Below are positions 16,652 through 25,549 of a stretch of 64,000 nucleotides of DNA, in pieces. The notes beneath the pieces were generated by a model, which was not told where the DNA came from, did no database searches, and worked only from the letters and a program-made list of their open reading frames with translations. Both the position numbers and the translations under genes were made by a program. The DNA is from an uncultured virus (IMG/VR IMGVR_UViG_3300030380_002570) (taxonomy: Duplodnaviria; Heunggongvirae; Uroviricota; Caudoviricetes): the IMG/VR virus record IMGVR_UViG_3300030380_002570; one strand, given 5' to 3'. The first letter of the stretch is position 1. Every line of letters begins with the position of its first letter.

Positions 16652-17038
16652 ATGAAAGTACATGTATTCCAATTCAACCTGACAGATATGGAACGGGTAG
16701 AGCTAGAACACCTTGGCTGGGAGGCGACGGATCGCATCAGCCAGTGGGGTGAAAAGCGCCTGCTTCAGATCGCTGGCGACGAGGCGGTGGCAGAGTTCGC
16801 CGCCGCGAACATCGATGAATACGAACTGGTCGTGACCGTCGAAATGCCAGACACCGACGAGTGGACTGCGCTGGAGGTGGCCTACGGTGAGATGAATCAC
16901 TGGGCTAACCCAGACAACATTACCCGTCACCGGATGTGCGCCAGTATGTCTGTCGGTGACATCTGCGAGATCAACGGGCAACTGTTTGTCTGCGCCACAT
17001 TTGGATTCGATAAATTAAATCTAGGAGAGGCCGCATAG
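16652..17038 (+). CDS. YodL-like protein
   Basis: SMSVGDI...F...GF motif; ATG 16652 follows a purine-rich RBS. Confidence 0.6.
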   Translation: MKVHVFQFNLTDMERVELEHLGWEATDRISQWGEKRLLQIAGDEAVAEFAAANIDEYELVVTVEMPDTDEWTALEVAYGEMNHWANPDNITRHRMCASMSVGDICEINGQLFVCATFGFDKLNLGEAA

Positions 17039-17056
17039 CGGCCCAAGGGGATCAAC

Positions 17057-17437
17057 ATGATAGTGAAAGTTGAAACATGGGAAGTGCTGGACGGCGATGA
17101 TCGCCGTAAGTTCAGCAATCGATTCGACGCGCTGCGTTACGGCGTCAGATCGCAGGGCATGGTGGACATCGAACTTTGGTATCACACCGGCAGGCGACTA
17201 GCGAATGGCTTTGCTTACGAGGGTGAGCGCAGCCTTGAGATGGTGGAGTCGGTGACTCTATATGAGAACGCCGATCACCCGTGGCTGCAATTCGGATTCG
17301 ATGGGTGGCTTGATCTGCAAGAGCTTGTTGCCTATGACATTTCTCGCGCCGAGGGCGGACAGTTTGAGCCAGTGTCGTACATGTCATGGGCCGAGAAATT
17401 AATGAATGAATCAGGACTGAAGAGGATCGATTTATGA
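17057..17437 (+). CDS. Hypothetical early protein
   Basis: In operon, RBS aagggg. Confidence 0.65.
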   Translation: MIVKVETWEVLDGDDRRKFSNRFDALRYGVRSQGMVDIELWYHTGRRLANGFAYEGERSLEMVESVTLYENADHPWLQFGFDGWLDLQELVAYDISRAEGGQFEPVSYMSWAEKLMNESGLKRIDL

Positions 17438-17661
17438 ACGCATTGTATACCGACGGCGACGGGCGCTGGCACTCACAGTACATCGCCAAGACCAAGGGCA
17501 TGAGCCTCGACTCATTGCTCCATGTCATGCAGGACTGCGCCGCAGCGATATCTGCTAACCCAGACAATCCTAAGTGTGGGCAGTACGCCGACGAGCGCCA
17601 CTACTGCGCGATGGAATTAGAGCGCCGACGCAAGGCATTCAACGCTAAATTTTCCAACTGA
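17434..17661 (+). CDS. Hypothetical early protein (75 aa)
   Basis: Coupled start; its stop codon lies inside the hammerhead core CTGA. Confidence 0.65.
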   Translation: MNALYTDGDGRWHSQYIAKTKGMSLDSLLHVMQDCAAAISANPDNPKCGQYADERHYCAMELERRRKAFNAKFSN

Positions 17662-17712
17662 TGAGACCAGATGGTGACTGGTCGAAACGCCGCGAGGCGT
17701 CTTGGATAACCA
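17653..17712 (+). ncRNA. Hammerhead ribozyme, type I
   Basis: Stem I tccaa/ttgga, CTGATGA, stem II gaccag/ctggtc, GAA, stem III acgcc-GCGA-ggcgt, GTC cleavage after 17701; loop II tggt pairs with acca 17709-17712. Confidence 0.92.
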
Positions 17713-17773
17713 ACTTCACATCATTCGTGAGTCGTGGTACGCTGCACTCACATTATCAATCAGGAGACGGACT

Positions 17774-18214
17774 ATGAACATCACTGAAGACAACTATTGG
17801 AACAACCGAGGCCGGTATCAGGACAAGGCGGACAAGCTAGAGGCATTGATCCCTCGCATGGGCGAGGTTGAGAACGCCGAGCAGCGACCCGAGCTAGAAA
17901 GATTCCGCGCTGCCGTCAACGCCTATTACGATCTGTTCAACAACGGCGGTTGGAACAGACCATCCGAGATCGCAGACATGTTCTTCCTCAACATCGAAAA
18001 GATCGACGGGAACTACGACGCATCCACATGCCCTCACTGCGGGTGCAGTTGCCCCGATTACGAGGAAGAGGATGACGCCTGCGACGATTACCGCATGCGT
18101 GGCGTACCCGTACCGCCAACCCTTTACACAGACGAGGAGGTGTACGCGAGGACTGAACCCGTCATGTCCGAGATCATTCTCGACGCATACGCAGCGGAGT
18201 TCCCCGATGCCTGA
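17774..18214 (+). CDS. Hypothetical early protein (YYDLFNNGG motif, CxxC)
   Basis: RBS aggaga before ATG 17774. Confidence 0.7.
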   Translation: MNITEDNYWNNRGRYQDKADKLEALIPRMGEVENAEQRPELERFRAAVNAYYDLFNNGGWNRPSEIADMFFLNIEKIDGNYDASTCPHCGCSCPDYEEEDDACDDYRMRGVPVPPTLYTDEEVYARTEPVMSEIILDAYAAEFPDA

Positions 18215-18407
18215 TCACCTCATTAAGAACGCCACGATCAGGAAGGTACGCAATCGGGGGTTCACCCCCGTGAGCTACCACCATGATTCGGGCATCCACA
18301 ACGGCTGGATTCACAAGGTAGGAACCAAGTGGAACCACGCATTCTTTCCATCCCTTGGCAACGTGCGAATCAGCAAGGCTGATATGCGCTTCGTCAAGGA
18401 ACTGTAG
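18207..18407 (+). CDS. Hypothetical early protein
   Basis: Overlaps the previous stop; RBS ggag. Confidence 0.55.
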   Translation: MPDHLIKNATIRKVRNRGFTPVSYHHDSGIHNGWIHKVGTKWNHAFFPSLGNVRISKADMRFVKEL

Positions 18408-18567
18408 ACCCACCAACAGAAGGAGTACCTGCCAGTGGTGCATTGAAACCATTCGCCCATGAGTGACCCCGTAGGATTCATGGAGTGGTGTGCGGCTTCG
18501 CGGGGCGCTGAGGGGAGGGCCGTCACCCCTCAGTGTCAAGAGTATCGATTTATTTTAGAAGGACAAC

Positions 18568-18864
18568 GTGATGAAAGACCAGAACGAAATGCCAAACGAG
18601 TGGCAGCAACATCAGATTAGCATCGCCATCGATGCTTTTGAGGATGCTCTCTTGGAGCAGATGGACAAACTCGGAGACGCTAACGTCCCACCATACGAGG
18701 TGGTGTACGCAGCGGTGAGGATGTTCACTCACCTGTGCTTTGACATGGCACCGTCAGAGGACGTGGCGCGGAAGACAATCGAGGCTTCAGTTGAGGCAGG
18801 CTACAAAGCCTTTCTCACTGGCGAGATCGATGGGGGTTGCCCCCACTGCCAAGAGGAGGCATAG
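18568..18864 (+). CDS. Hypothetical protein with C-terminal CPHC
   Basis: RBS aagga; in operon. Confidence 0.65.
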   Translation: MMKDQNEMPNEWQQHQISIAIDAFEDALLEQMDKLGDANVPPYEVVYAAVRMFTHLCFDMAPSEDVARKTIEASVEAGYKAFLTGEIDGGCPHCQEEA

Positions 18865-18866
18865 CC

Positions 18867-19370
18867 ATGACGATCAAATCCAAACGCGGCCCTAACGTGA
18901 CACCCGACGAGCACAAGCTCGTCGTGAAGTTTGCAAAGCAGTGCCTGAGAGAGATCTGCAAGAAGCAGCATGAGATCGAGTATCAAGGCAAGCCTGTCGT
19001 GTATGCCGAGGCTATCAAGCGGCTTCAGGTACGGACAAAGTATCGCAGTCAGAGAAGCTACGGCTCCGAGATTTACATCTGCGTCGATATGCAACGCTAT
19101 CGCCAGAACCTTACCTCGTTCACTGAATACAAATCGTTTGCTGATGATCCGGTTATTGGCACCATCAGAAACTGCGATGACCGTGAGCTACTGCTCAAAT
19201 GCTTGGTCGCTCATGAGATGGCGCACCATATCCAAATGAGGTACGGGCTGTACACCCGCTACCTCAGGAATACGTTCCACAAACCGCATGGCGATGCATT
19301 CAAGACGATCTACCGTGAGCTACGGCGCACGTTGATCAACCCGTACATCGAGAGCAGGGAGGCTGCGTGA
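18867..19370 (+). CDS. SprT-like zinc metallopeptidase
   Basis: HEMAH plus downstream HG-x-x-F motif; RBS gaggagg. Confidence 0.65.
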   Translation: MTIKSKRGPNVTPDEHKLVVKFAKQCLREICKKQHEIEYQGKPVVYAEAIKRLQVRTKYRSQRSYGSEIYICVDMQRYRQNLTSFTEYKSFADDPVIGTIRNCDDRELLLKCLVAHEMAHHIQMRYGLYTRYLRNTFHKPHGDAFKTIYRELRRTLINPYIESREAA

Positions 19371-19567
19371 TTATGTTTACTGAAAAGGAACTAGCTAGCT
19401 TGATGCACGATCTAGTAGAAGCAACTGATCACGAGCGAATCAAGATGGGCCGTCGTTGGGCCACACTTGAGGAAACATTTTACGACTACTTGGATGAGGT
19501 TGGCGGCATGTCATCCGATGAAATCGAACAAGTGCTTGAAGAAATAAAAATACAGGAGGCCGTGTGA
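19367..19567 (+). CDS. Hypothetical acidic protein
   Basis: GTGA coupling at both ends. Confidence 0.6.
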   Translation: MIMFTEKELASLMHDLVEATDHERIKMGRRWATLEETFYDYLDEVGGMSSDEIEQVLEEIKIQEAV

Positions 19568-20745
19568 TGGAAGGAGATCTATACCAACACGTTCTGCATG
19601 CCCTTAGAAACCCCGACAAGCGTATTCTCGGATCATCCAAGGGGACAGATCCCAATAGCGCAAGGGCATTGTTCAAGCTCTTTAACAATCGTCTGAAGAC
19701 GGCTCGTAAATTCGACATCGATAACGCTCTGCTGGAGCGTGTATTTCAAGAGCCTAGCTGGGCCGAGTTGACCAAAGACAACGGACATCTGCCGATCAAA
19801 ACAATCACCCGCAACGTGGTGGAAGCCGAGCAGGAACTGAGGCTGCCGTTCAAGGATTGTTGGATTGAGTTCGATGCAAAGACGTACAACGCACAAGTTG
19901 CAGACTTAGATTGGTCAGTAGGGCGCGTCGGCCTTGAAAATGAAGGAGACAGAAAGCTGTTTGAGTTTGAAAGAGCAGGCGTCTTTCTGTCTGAAAAATA
20001 TAATGGGCAGATAGATATTCATCTGTTCTTCAGTCTCGACGGCGACGATAGAATCTACATGGCGATGCTGGGGCGTAGCTTCAGAAACCCAGTACTCGAA
20101 AAGCCCCTGACTGACGTTGCCCTACGTCATATTTCCCTGCTCAATTTTGGCGTGGACTTTCAATACGAGCCGCCGTCTGAGGCTTACGATGGCTATCTTG
20201 AATTGCTTAATCGCACTCGGATTACGGAGATGATGGAGGTCTTTGGTGATGAATACACCGCTAAGGCATTCGAGAATTTTGTCGAGCCGTGGGCACCATA
20301 CTATGTGCGGATCTCATGGGAGATACTGCGCGTTCTGAACTACCCGTGGGTGGTCAGAGAGCAGGCCCGATTCGAGAGATCAAAGAAGGGCCGCAGCCCC
20401 AAGGTCACGCCTCGTGATTCGTACTACCGCTGCAAGATCAAGCTGCCCAAGCCTGATGGCGTGGAGACTCGGCAGCTAGAGCCACGCGACGAGGCATACG
20501 GCAAGCGCCTGCATCAGGTGCGTGGGCACTGGCGTGTGTACCGTGATGAACACGGCGACTTCGTCAAGCGCACATGGATCAGAGAGCACAGGCGTGGCGA
20601 TGCCAAGCTAGGTGTAGTGCTGAAGGACTATGTACTGACTGGCGAAGGTACGTCTTGCGCCCAAAAAGGTACGTCTTGCGCCCAAACTGGCAGCAACGTA
20701 TCATCAACAAACACATCACAACTAACGGAGAACGTGAATGGATAA
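19564..20745 (+). CDS. Phage protein with C-terminal H-x-VRGHWR...WI-x-x-H-x-RG motif
   Basis: 393-aa ORF with a motif common in phage hypothetical proteins. Confidence 0.7.
   Translation: MMEGDLYQHVLHALRNPDKRILGSSKGTDPNSARALFKLFNNRLKTARKFDIDNALLERVFQEPSWAELTKDNGHLPIKTITRNVVEAEQELRLPFKDCWIEFDAKTYNAQVADLDWSVGRVGLENEGDRKLFEFERAGVFLSEKYNGQIDIHLFFSLDGDDRIYMAMLGRSFRNPVLEKPLTDVALRHISLLNFGVDFQYEPPSEAYDGYLELLNRTRITEMMEVFGDEYTAKAFENFVEPWAPYYVRISWEILRVLNYPWVVREQARFERSKKGRSPKVTPRDSYYRCKIKLPKPDGVETRQLEPRDEAYGKRLHQVRGHWRVYRDEHGDFVKRTWIREHRRGDAKLGVVLKDYVLTGEGTSCAQKGTSCAQTGSNVSSTNTSQLTENVNG
20645..20686. repeat. Perfect 21-bp tandem duplication
   Basis: AAGGTACGTCTTGCGCCCAAA x2, in frame. Confidence 0.9.
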
Positions 20746-21211
20746 TGTAATCAAGCTCCCGACAAGGGACATGTGGAGAAATGCCGTCGAGATCTGGGAC
20801 GGCTACCGGATGACACTCGATCCTTGCAAACGGTGGATACCTATGCTGACAGGCACTGGTCTGTCTGAAGCTAAGGCCGAGAAGCATGTGCGAGAGATGA
20901 TCGGGATCATCCCTGACTTCTATCAATCGGCAGTGATCCACACTGATCGCAACGGCACCATTGAAGAGTTCGCCCGAGTCATGGACGAGTGCTATGGCTG
21001 GGGTGGATTCAACGATTCTATGTTCAACGGCACGGTGACCGATACCGGCGTTTACACCAGCGAGTATGACGGGGACGAGAATCTATACCCGCTAGCCCAT
21101 CTCATCATGTCAACTGAGAGCGAGGCTGACGTTGAGTGTTACATCTACGAGTATGGAATCGTCGCTCTGATTGATGCTTGGGGTGAATCCAAAGTAGCGA
21201 GGTTCGACTGA
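20738..21211 (+). CDS. Hypothetical protein
   Basis: RBS ggaga; coupled. Confidence 0.7.
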   Translation: MDNVIKLPTRDMWRNAVEIWDGYRMTLDPCKRWIPMLTGTGLSEAKAEKHVREMIGIIPDFYQSAVIHTDRNGTIEEFARVMDECYGWGGFNDSMFNGTVTDTGVYTSEYDGDENLYPLAHLIMSTESEADVECYIYEYGIVALIDAWGESKVARFD

Positions 21212-21537
21212 TGAACTACGATACTTTCGAGGAGATCTTTGACGAGATCGAAGACAAGATTGATCGGCTAGAGAAAGCCCAGTACACCCTTGCGTCTGTC
21301 GAGTCTAGCTTCAAGTCTTACGAGGCTTCGACCAAGAAGGCGTATATGGATGCTGGCATGAGTGCCGTGGCAGCCGAGGCCGAGATGAGAGCGGTAGGAG
21401 AAAGCTGGCGAGACTTCTACCTGCAAGTTCAAGAACATTCCAGCCGAGTGGAAAAGATCAAGCGCACGATCAAGCTGCTAGAGATGCGGCATGACGCGCT
21501 TCGATCTGCCAAGGCTGACGCAAGGAGGGTGGTATGA
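21211..21537 (+). CDS. Coiled-coil hypothetical protein
   Basis: TGATG coupling; helical composition. Confidence 0.65.
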   Translation: MNYDTFEEIFDEIEDKIDRLEKAQYTLASVESSFKSYEASTKKAYMDAGMSAVAAEAEMRAVGESWRDFYLQVQEHSSRVEKIKRTIKLLEMRHDALRSAKADARRVV

Positions 21538-21770
21538 ACGAGAACGAGAAGAACAAGTTCAGAGATCTGCTGGCGAACAAGAAGAATGTCTCTGAGATCC
21601 AAGAGATCTTGCTCAACAAGGCCACGCTCATGGTGGCATATCCCGATGCGTCAGCGGATGAAAGTGGGATGTGGGACTGGCAGGTCAGCGCCTGTCGGAT
21701 AGAACTGCGTCGGCGGTGGCAATCCAAACACCCGAAACCAACAGTAATCAAGAAGGAAGCAAACAGATGA
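21534..21770 (+). CDS. Hypothetical protein
   Basis: ATGA coupling; RBS aggagg. Confidence 0.6.
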   Translation: MNENEKNKFRDLLANKKNVSEIQEILLNKATLMVAYPDASADESGMWDWQVSACRIELRRRWQSKHPKPTVIKKEANR

Positions 21771-21991
21771 GCAAATTAAAAACGCAGTATCTGCAACTGA
21801 CCAATGAAGAGGGTGCCCTGCTGGACAGGCTCTTGGCTACGTCAAAGGATGACCCAAGGATTCACGGACTGATCGGCACCTGTCTTTGGGACATGGGCCA
21901 CACCCCAGAGGAAGAGGCTCACGCGAAAGCCTTGTGGACTAGCTTGCAATCAAAGGTGAAGGAGGCGTTCAATGACAAGTCTGATGGATGA
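21767..21991 (+). CDS. Hypothetical protein
   Basis: ATGA coupling at 21767. Confidence 0.6.
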   Translation: MSKLKTQYLQLTNEEGALLDRLLATSKDDPRIHGLIGTCLWDMGHTPEEEAHAKALWTSLQSKVKEAFNDKSDG

Positions 21992-22199
21992 TATGGTTGA
22001 GATCATGGAACTAGCCGATGAGATTTTGTCAACTGGTCGCGGCGGTGACTACGAGGTTACAATCGTGTATCGACAGGGCCGAGGGGCTAAGACCGAGACG
22101 CAAACCTTTCGAGGCGTGAGGCTTGACGAGATATCTAGCCTCGCACCTATAAGCGATGGCTGGTTGATCGATTCTCTCAGCGCAAAGAAGTTTAGATAG
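21972..22199 (+). CDS. Hypothetical protein
   Basis: RBS aggagg. Confidence 0.6.
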   Translation: MTSLMDDMVEIMELADEILSTGRGGDYEVTIVYRQGRGAKTETQTFRGVRLDEISSLAPISDGWLIDSLSAKKFR

Positions 22200-22205
22200 A
22201 ACTAG

Positions 22206-22340
22206 AGCCTCACGTTGAGCAGGCTAGCGGTGGGGTCAGTTCAATCCGGCGAATCATATAAGCCGGACTCCTCCGAGAAATAGGTACGATGAAGTGCGCG
22301 GCTCATGGATTATTAGGCGCGAATCGTATCGTCCACCGCA
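22206..22340 (+). ncRNA. Candidate multi-branched structured RNA
   Basis: Closing helix gcggtgg/ccaccgc encloses tccggc/gccgga and tacgat..gcgc/gcgc..atcgta arms; strand uncertain. Confidence 0.4.
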
Positions 22341-22360
22341 CCCTAACACTAGGATAAATC

Positions 22361-23071
22361 ATGATCGATTTCACAGATCTAATCGGCTCAATGTCTATCG
22401 TTGAGTTCGAGGCAAACCATCGTGGCAAAACCTTTGCCGTATTCCCCCGAACCGAAGCTCGAACAGAACTGTTCGACAACATAATCGACTGGCAGCAGTT
22501 CAGCAGTTACCTGAACAATGACCGCGCCACCGCTGGGATGCAGGCTATCACTCTCGATGGCAGGAAGCTTTGCATGGAAAAGGGAAACCTTGAGCGGGAG
22601 AGCAGACCTAACTGGGGTCGCAAGGACTACTTTGAGAAGAAGTATCTGCACGAGATATGGAAGCAGGGTGGATCTCTGATCCTTACGAAGGCTTCACTCC
22701 TCACCCCAAGAATTAGCCTGATCGCTGGCGCGATTGAGCAGTACTACATGGGCGCAGCCGACGCACACTTCTATTGCAGTGGTGAATCCAACGCCTCCAC
22801 ATTCCCCTTTCACATCGATCAGGATGACAACTTCTTGGTGCATGCACAGGGAGACGTTAGCTGGGAGATAGCAAACAGTTTCGAGAATGACGAGGATGAT
22901 TTCACGTCACTGGATCTGACCGTGGGAGATCTTCTCTACATCCCCAAGGGTCTCATGCACAGGGCCATACCTAAGACCAAACGAATCTCTATCTCCGTGC
23001 CAGTGGCAGAACGCAAAGCAAACGAAGGCGCACTGAAGACGCAAGACAGAACGTACTACGATTTCTCTTGA
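22361..23071 (+). CDS. JmjC/cupin-domain 2OG-Fe(II) oxygenase (YcfD/RoxA-like)
   Basis: F-x-x-H-x-D, FLVHAQG...W and GDLLYIPKG-x-x-H motifs. Confidence 0.8.
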   Translation: MIDFTDLIGSMSIVEFEANHRGKTFAVFPRTEARTELFDNIIDWQQFSSYLNNDRATAGMQAITLDGRKLCMEKGNLERESRPNWGRKDYFEKKYLHEIWKQGGSLILTKASLLTPRISLIAGAIEQYYMGAADAHFYCSGESNASTFPFHIDQDDNFLVHAQGDVSWEIANSFENDEDDFTSLDLTVGDLLYIPKGLMHRAIPKTKRISISVPVAERKANEGALKTQDRTYYDFS

Positions 23072-23192
23072 AGGGGTGACCCCGCACAGGCAGAAGGAGA
23101 TACCCATGCGGGGCCGGTTGTAACGCCAAGGAGAGACGGGGCGTTACATGAATTCTAGTGGACGTATACGGACGGCGCAAGACACCTCACGA

Positions 23193-23702
23193 CTAACCGT
23201 GCATCGAAATGTAGTCCCTATCTAACGCCTGCAACCCCACACGAAACATGATCAGATCCTCTGCTGGAGGACTGATGTCCTTAGCCATGCACATCACGAT
23301 GATCGCAGTCGTTTCTTCCCCTACCGCCTGCTCTATGCAGTTGACCACGTCACGCAATCGGATCAGCCCATGCGTGTAGTTGGTCTTCTTGAACCTGCTA
23401 CTGGAGCCAGTGCTTTCCATGTTCACACCCCGTACAAACGCCCCTGCATCCAACAGCGTCTGGAGGATGTACTCCCCCGCCTTGTGCTCCACATCAGTAA
23501 TCAAACCACCCAACAACATCTTGTCGATCTGAAGTTGATCGGTGACCCGCGCCCTTGCAACGGCCTCACCGTCTTCCTTCTCCAGCACCACCCTGTGCTG
23601 CTCATGCAGCTTGGAGTTTCCTACGTCATTGATGGCATCGTCAGATGTCCCAGTCACTTTCTCTTTCATGGTAATCCCTACGGCCTGCGTATCTGCTGGC
23701 AA
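23193..23702 (-). CDS. Hypothetical protein downstream of primase-helicase
   Basis: ORF with protein-like composition; true start may be 23669. Confidence 0.65.
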   Translation of the reverse strand: MPADTQAVGITMKEKVTGTSDDAINDVGNSKLHEQHRVVLEKEDGEAVARARVTDQLQIDKMLLGGLITDVEHKAGEYILQTLLDAGAFVRGVNMESTGSSSRFKKTNYTHGLIRLRDVVNCIEQAVGEETTAIIVMCMAKDISPPAEDLIMFRVGLQALDRDYISMHG

Positions 23703-25437
23703 ACGAGTTGTCTACCTGCTCCTCCCAGTCCTCATAATCTTTGTATCGCCCGTTCACCGGATCGTAGGATAGCTTTGCAGAACCTACCGTACCAATCCAT
23801 TTGAAGCGGCACTTCCAACTGTGAACCTCTATATATTCCCCGAGCCTATGCACTGTGATCCCACAGTCAGCCTTAGCGAACCACGCCGCACTGCCGCTGA
23901 TGTGATTACCGTTGGGCACCGGCATGGTGCCGTTCTCGTTTGCTCTCATCTTCGCAGGGTGTGCAATGAACCAGATGTGCAGGTCACATGACCGTGCGAA
24001 CTGCACCATCCGAGTCAGCATGTCGCTGATCGCCTGATGCTCCTGATCGTTGGTGTTCTGTGCTATGTAATTGTAGGGATCGATCACCAACCCCCGGCAC
24101 CCCAGCCTCATCACCGCTTGCTTGGTACGGTCTATGATGTTGTCGATGGTGGCAGCCTCGCCGTCTTTGCTATCCAAGAACGCGAAGTGATCGTTGACCC
24201 AGCCCCTAGCCTCAGTCATCTCACCCTCAGTCATGCGCTCTGTCTGCCCCTCAAAGAAAGGCTTACGCATCCGCTTCTCTGCAAGCTTGATGATGTGCAT
24301 CGCTGGCGGGTTCTCGAAGCTGGCGATAGCAAACTTCCAATCGTGTTCTTCAGCGAGGTTGACCATCACAGAGTCAATCCATTCGCTCTTGCCAGATCCC
24401 GGCAGGCCAGTGACCACCGTCAACTGTCCCTCCAAGACGGTGTAAATACCATCCAGTCCAGAGTATCCGGTGGACTTGCCACTCATCAGCCCCCTGTCAT
24501 ACAAGAACTGCACGTCATCTGAGTAATCGTCTGCCGAGTACACGCCGACCAGCGGTGTAGGTGTAGCCTCCTCTACCAGATCAGCTAGGTACTCAGGGCC
24601 GTGCTTCATCAGAACATCATTAGCATCCTTGCAGCCTTCGGGGATCTCAAGGTGATAGCACTTGGCTCTTCCCACGCGGCGCATAATCTCTTCACCCAGA
24701 GCCTCTCCCGGCTCATCGGTGTCCATCGCTAGCACGATCTTGTCTGCCTTCTCAAAGATGTCTTTGCTCTTCCACAGGTAGGCGAACTTGCGATCCTCCT
24801 CTGGATCTACCTTGCGGTTGCTAACCTTCTGGGGGGCACCATTTGGAACTGACACCACCAAGGTATCGTCCCGTTTACCTATGGCATCAACGATGGATAC
24901 GGCATCCATCTCACCTTCTGTGATGATCACTGTGGTGAGCGCCTCGCCCGGGTCGTTCTCTACGTTCCACAGGGTTTGCGCTGCCCCGTCTTGAATGAAC
25001 CGCTTGCCTTCGACGCTACGCCATTTGGTGGCGGTGTCTTCGTACCGAAACCCAACCGCCGGTAGATCACCAGCCCCGTGGAAGAAGTGGCTGGCCCCGA
25101 CGATCTTGAGATGATCGACTCTCTCTGGAGTGATGCCACGGGATATCAGAAAGTTCTGGCAGATAACGGGATCGGTCTTGGCTTTCTTTGTTATGGGCAT
25201 GACCTTAGCTGGCGCATCTATATCAAAGTCATCGTCCACGCTACTCTTGTGCCTCACCTTGCCTGACATATCGCAATGCCAGCAGTTATATAACAGCCCC
25301 TCGCCATCTTCCGTAATGCTTAGTGTCTTCTCTCCCTTCTTCTTTCGATGTGGCCCACATACTGGGCATTGGTGCCTGCCGTCTCCAAGCTGGCGAATGG
25401 AATAGTCGAGATCCTCATCCCGTAGTTGCTGGTTCAT
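23641..25437 (-). CDS. Bifunctional DNA primase-helicase (T7 gp4/Twinkle-like)
   Basis: CPVC...CWHC zinc finger, TOPRIM (EGEMD, D-x-D, KDAND), GLPGSGKS Walker A, VIDP, AHP; RBS aggaga before ATG 25437. Confidence 0.92.
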   Translation of the reverse strand: MNQQLRDEDLDYSIRQLGDGRHQCPVCGPHRKKKGEKTLSITEDGEGLLYNCWHCDMSGKVRHKSSVDDDFDIDAPAKVMPITKKAKTDPVICQNFLISRGITPERVDHLKIVGASHFFHGAGDLPAVGFRYEDTATKWRSVEGKRFIQDGAAQTLWNVENDPGEALTTVIITEGEMDAVSIVDAIGKRDDTLVVSVPNGAPQKVSNRKVDPEEDRKFAYLWKSKDIFEKADKIVLAMDTDEPGEALGEEIMRRVGRAKCYHLEIPEGCKDANDVLMKHGPEYLADLVEEATPTPLVGVYSADDYSDDVQFLYDRGLMSGKSTGYSGLDGIYTVLEGQLTVVTGLPGSGKSEWIDSVMVNLAEEHDWKFAIASFENPPAMHIIKLAEKRMRKPFFEGQTERMTEGEMTEARGWVNDHFAFLDSKDGEAATIDNIIDRTKQAVMRLGCRGLVIDPYNYIAQNTNDQEHQAISDMLTRMVQFARSCDLHIWFIAHPAKMRANENGTMPVPNGNHISGSAAWFAKADCGITVHRLGEYIEVHSWKCRFKWIGTVGSAKLSYDPVNGRYKDYEDWEEQVDNSFASRYAGRRDYHERESDWDI

Positions 25438-25478
25438 AGCGTCTCCTTCTTGTGAACCGTTTTCGATTGTGATATTTA

Positions 25479-25549
25479 TAGAACGTTCCACTGTAGAACG
25501 TACTATTTAACCGAAGGTTATTGAGAACGTTCTACGATAGAACGTTCTA
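25479..25549. repeat. Second array of AGAACGTTCT palindromes
   Basis: Copies at 25479, 25494, 25523 and 25538. Confidence 0.85.

Noticed and set aside
20645..20686. 21-bp tandem duplication as a functional element
   Set aside because: A simple in-frame duplication in a disordered C-terminal tail; could be recent slippage or an assembly artefact.
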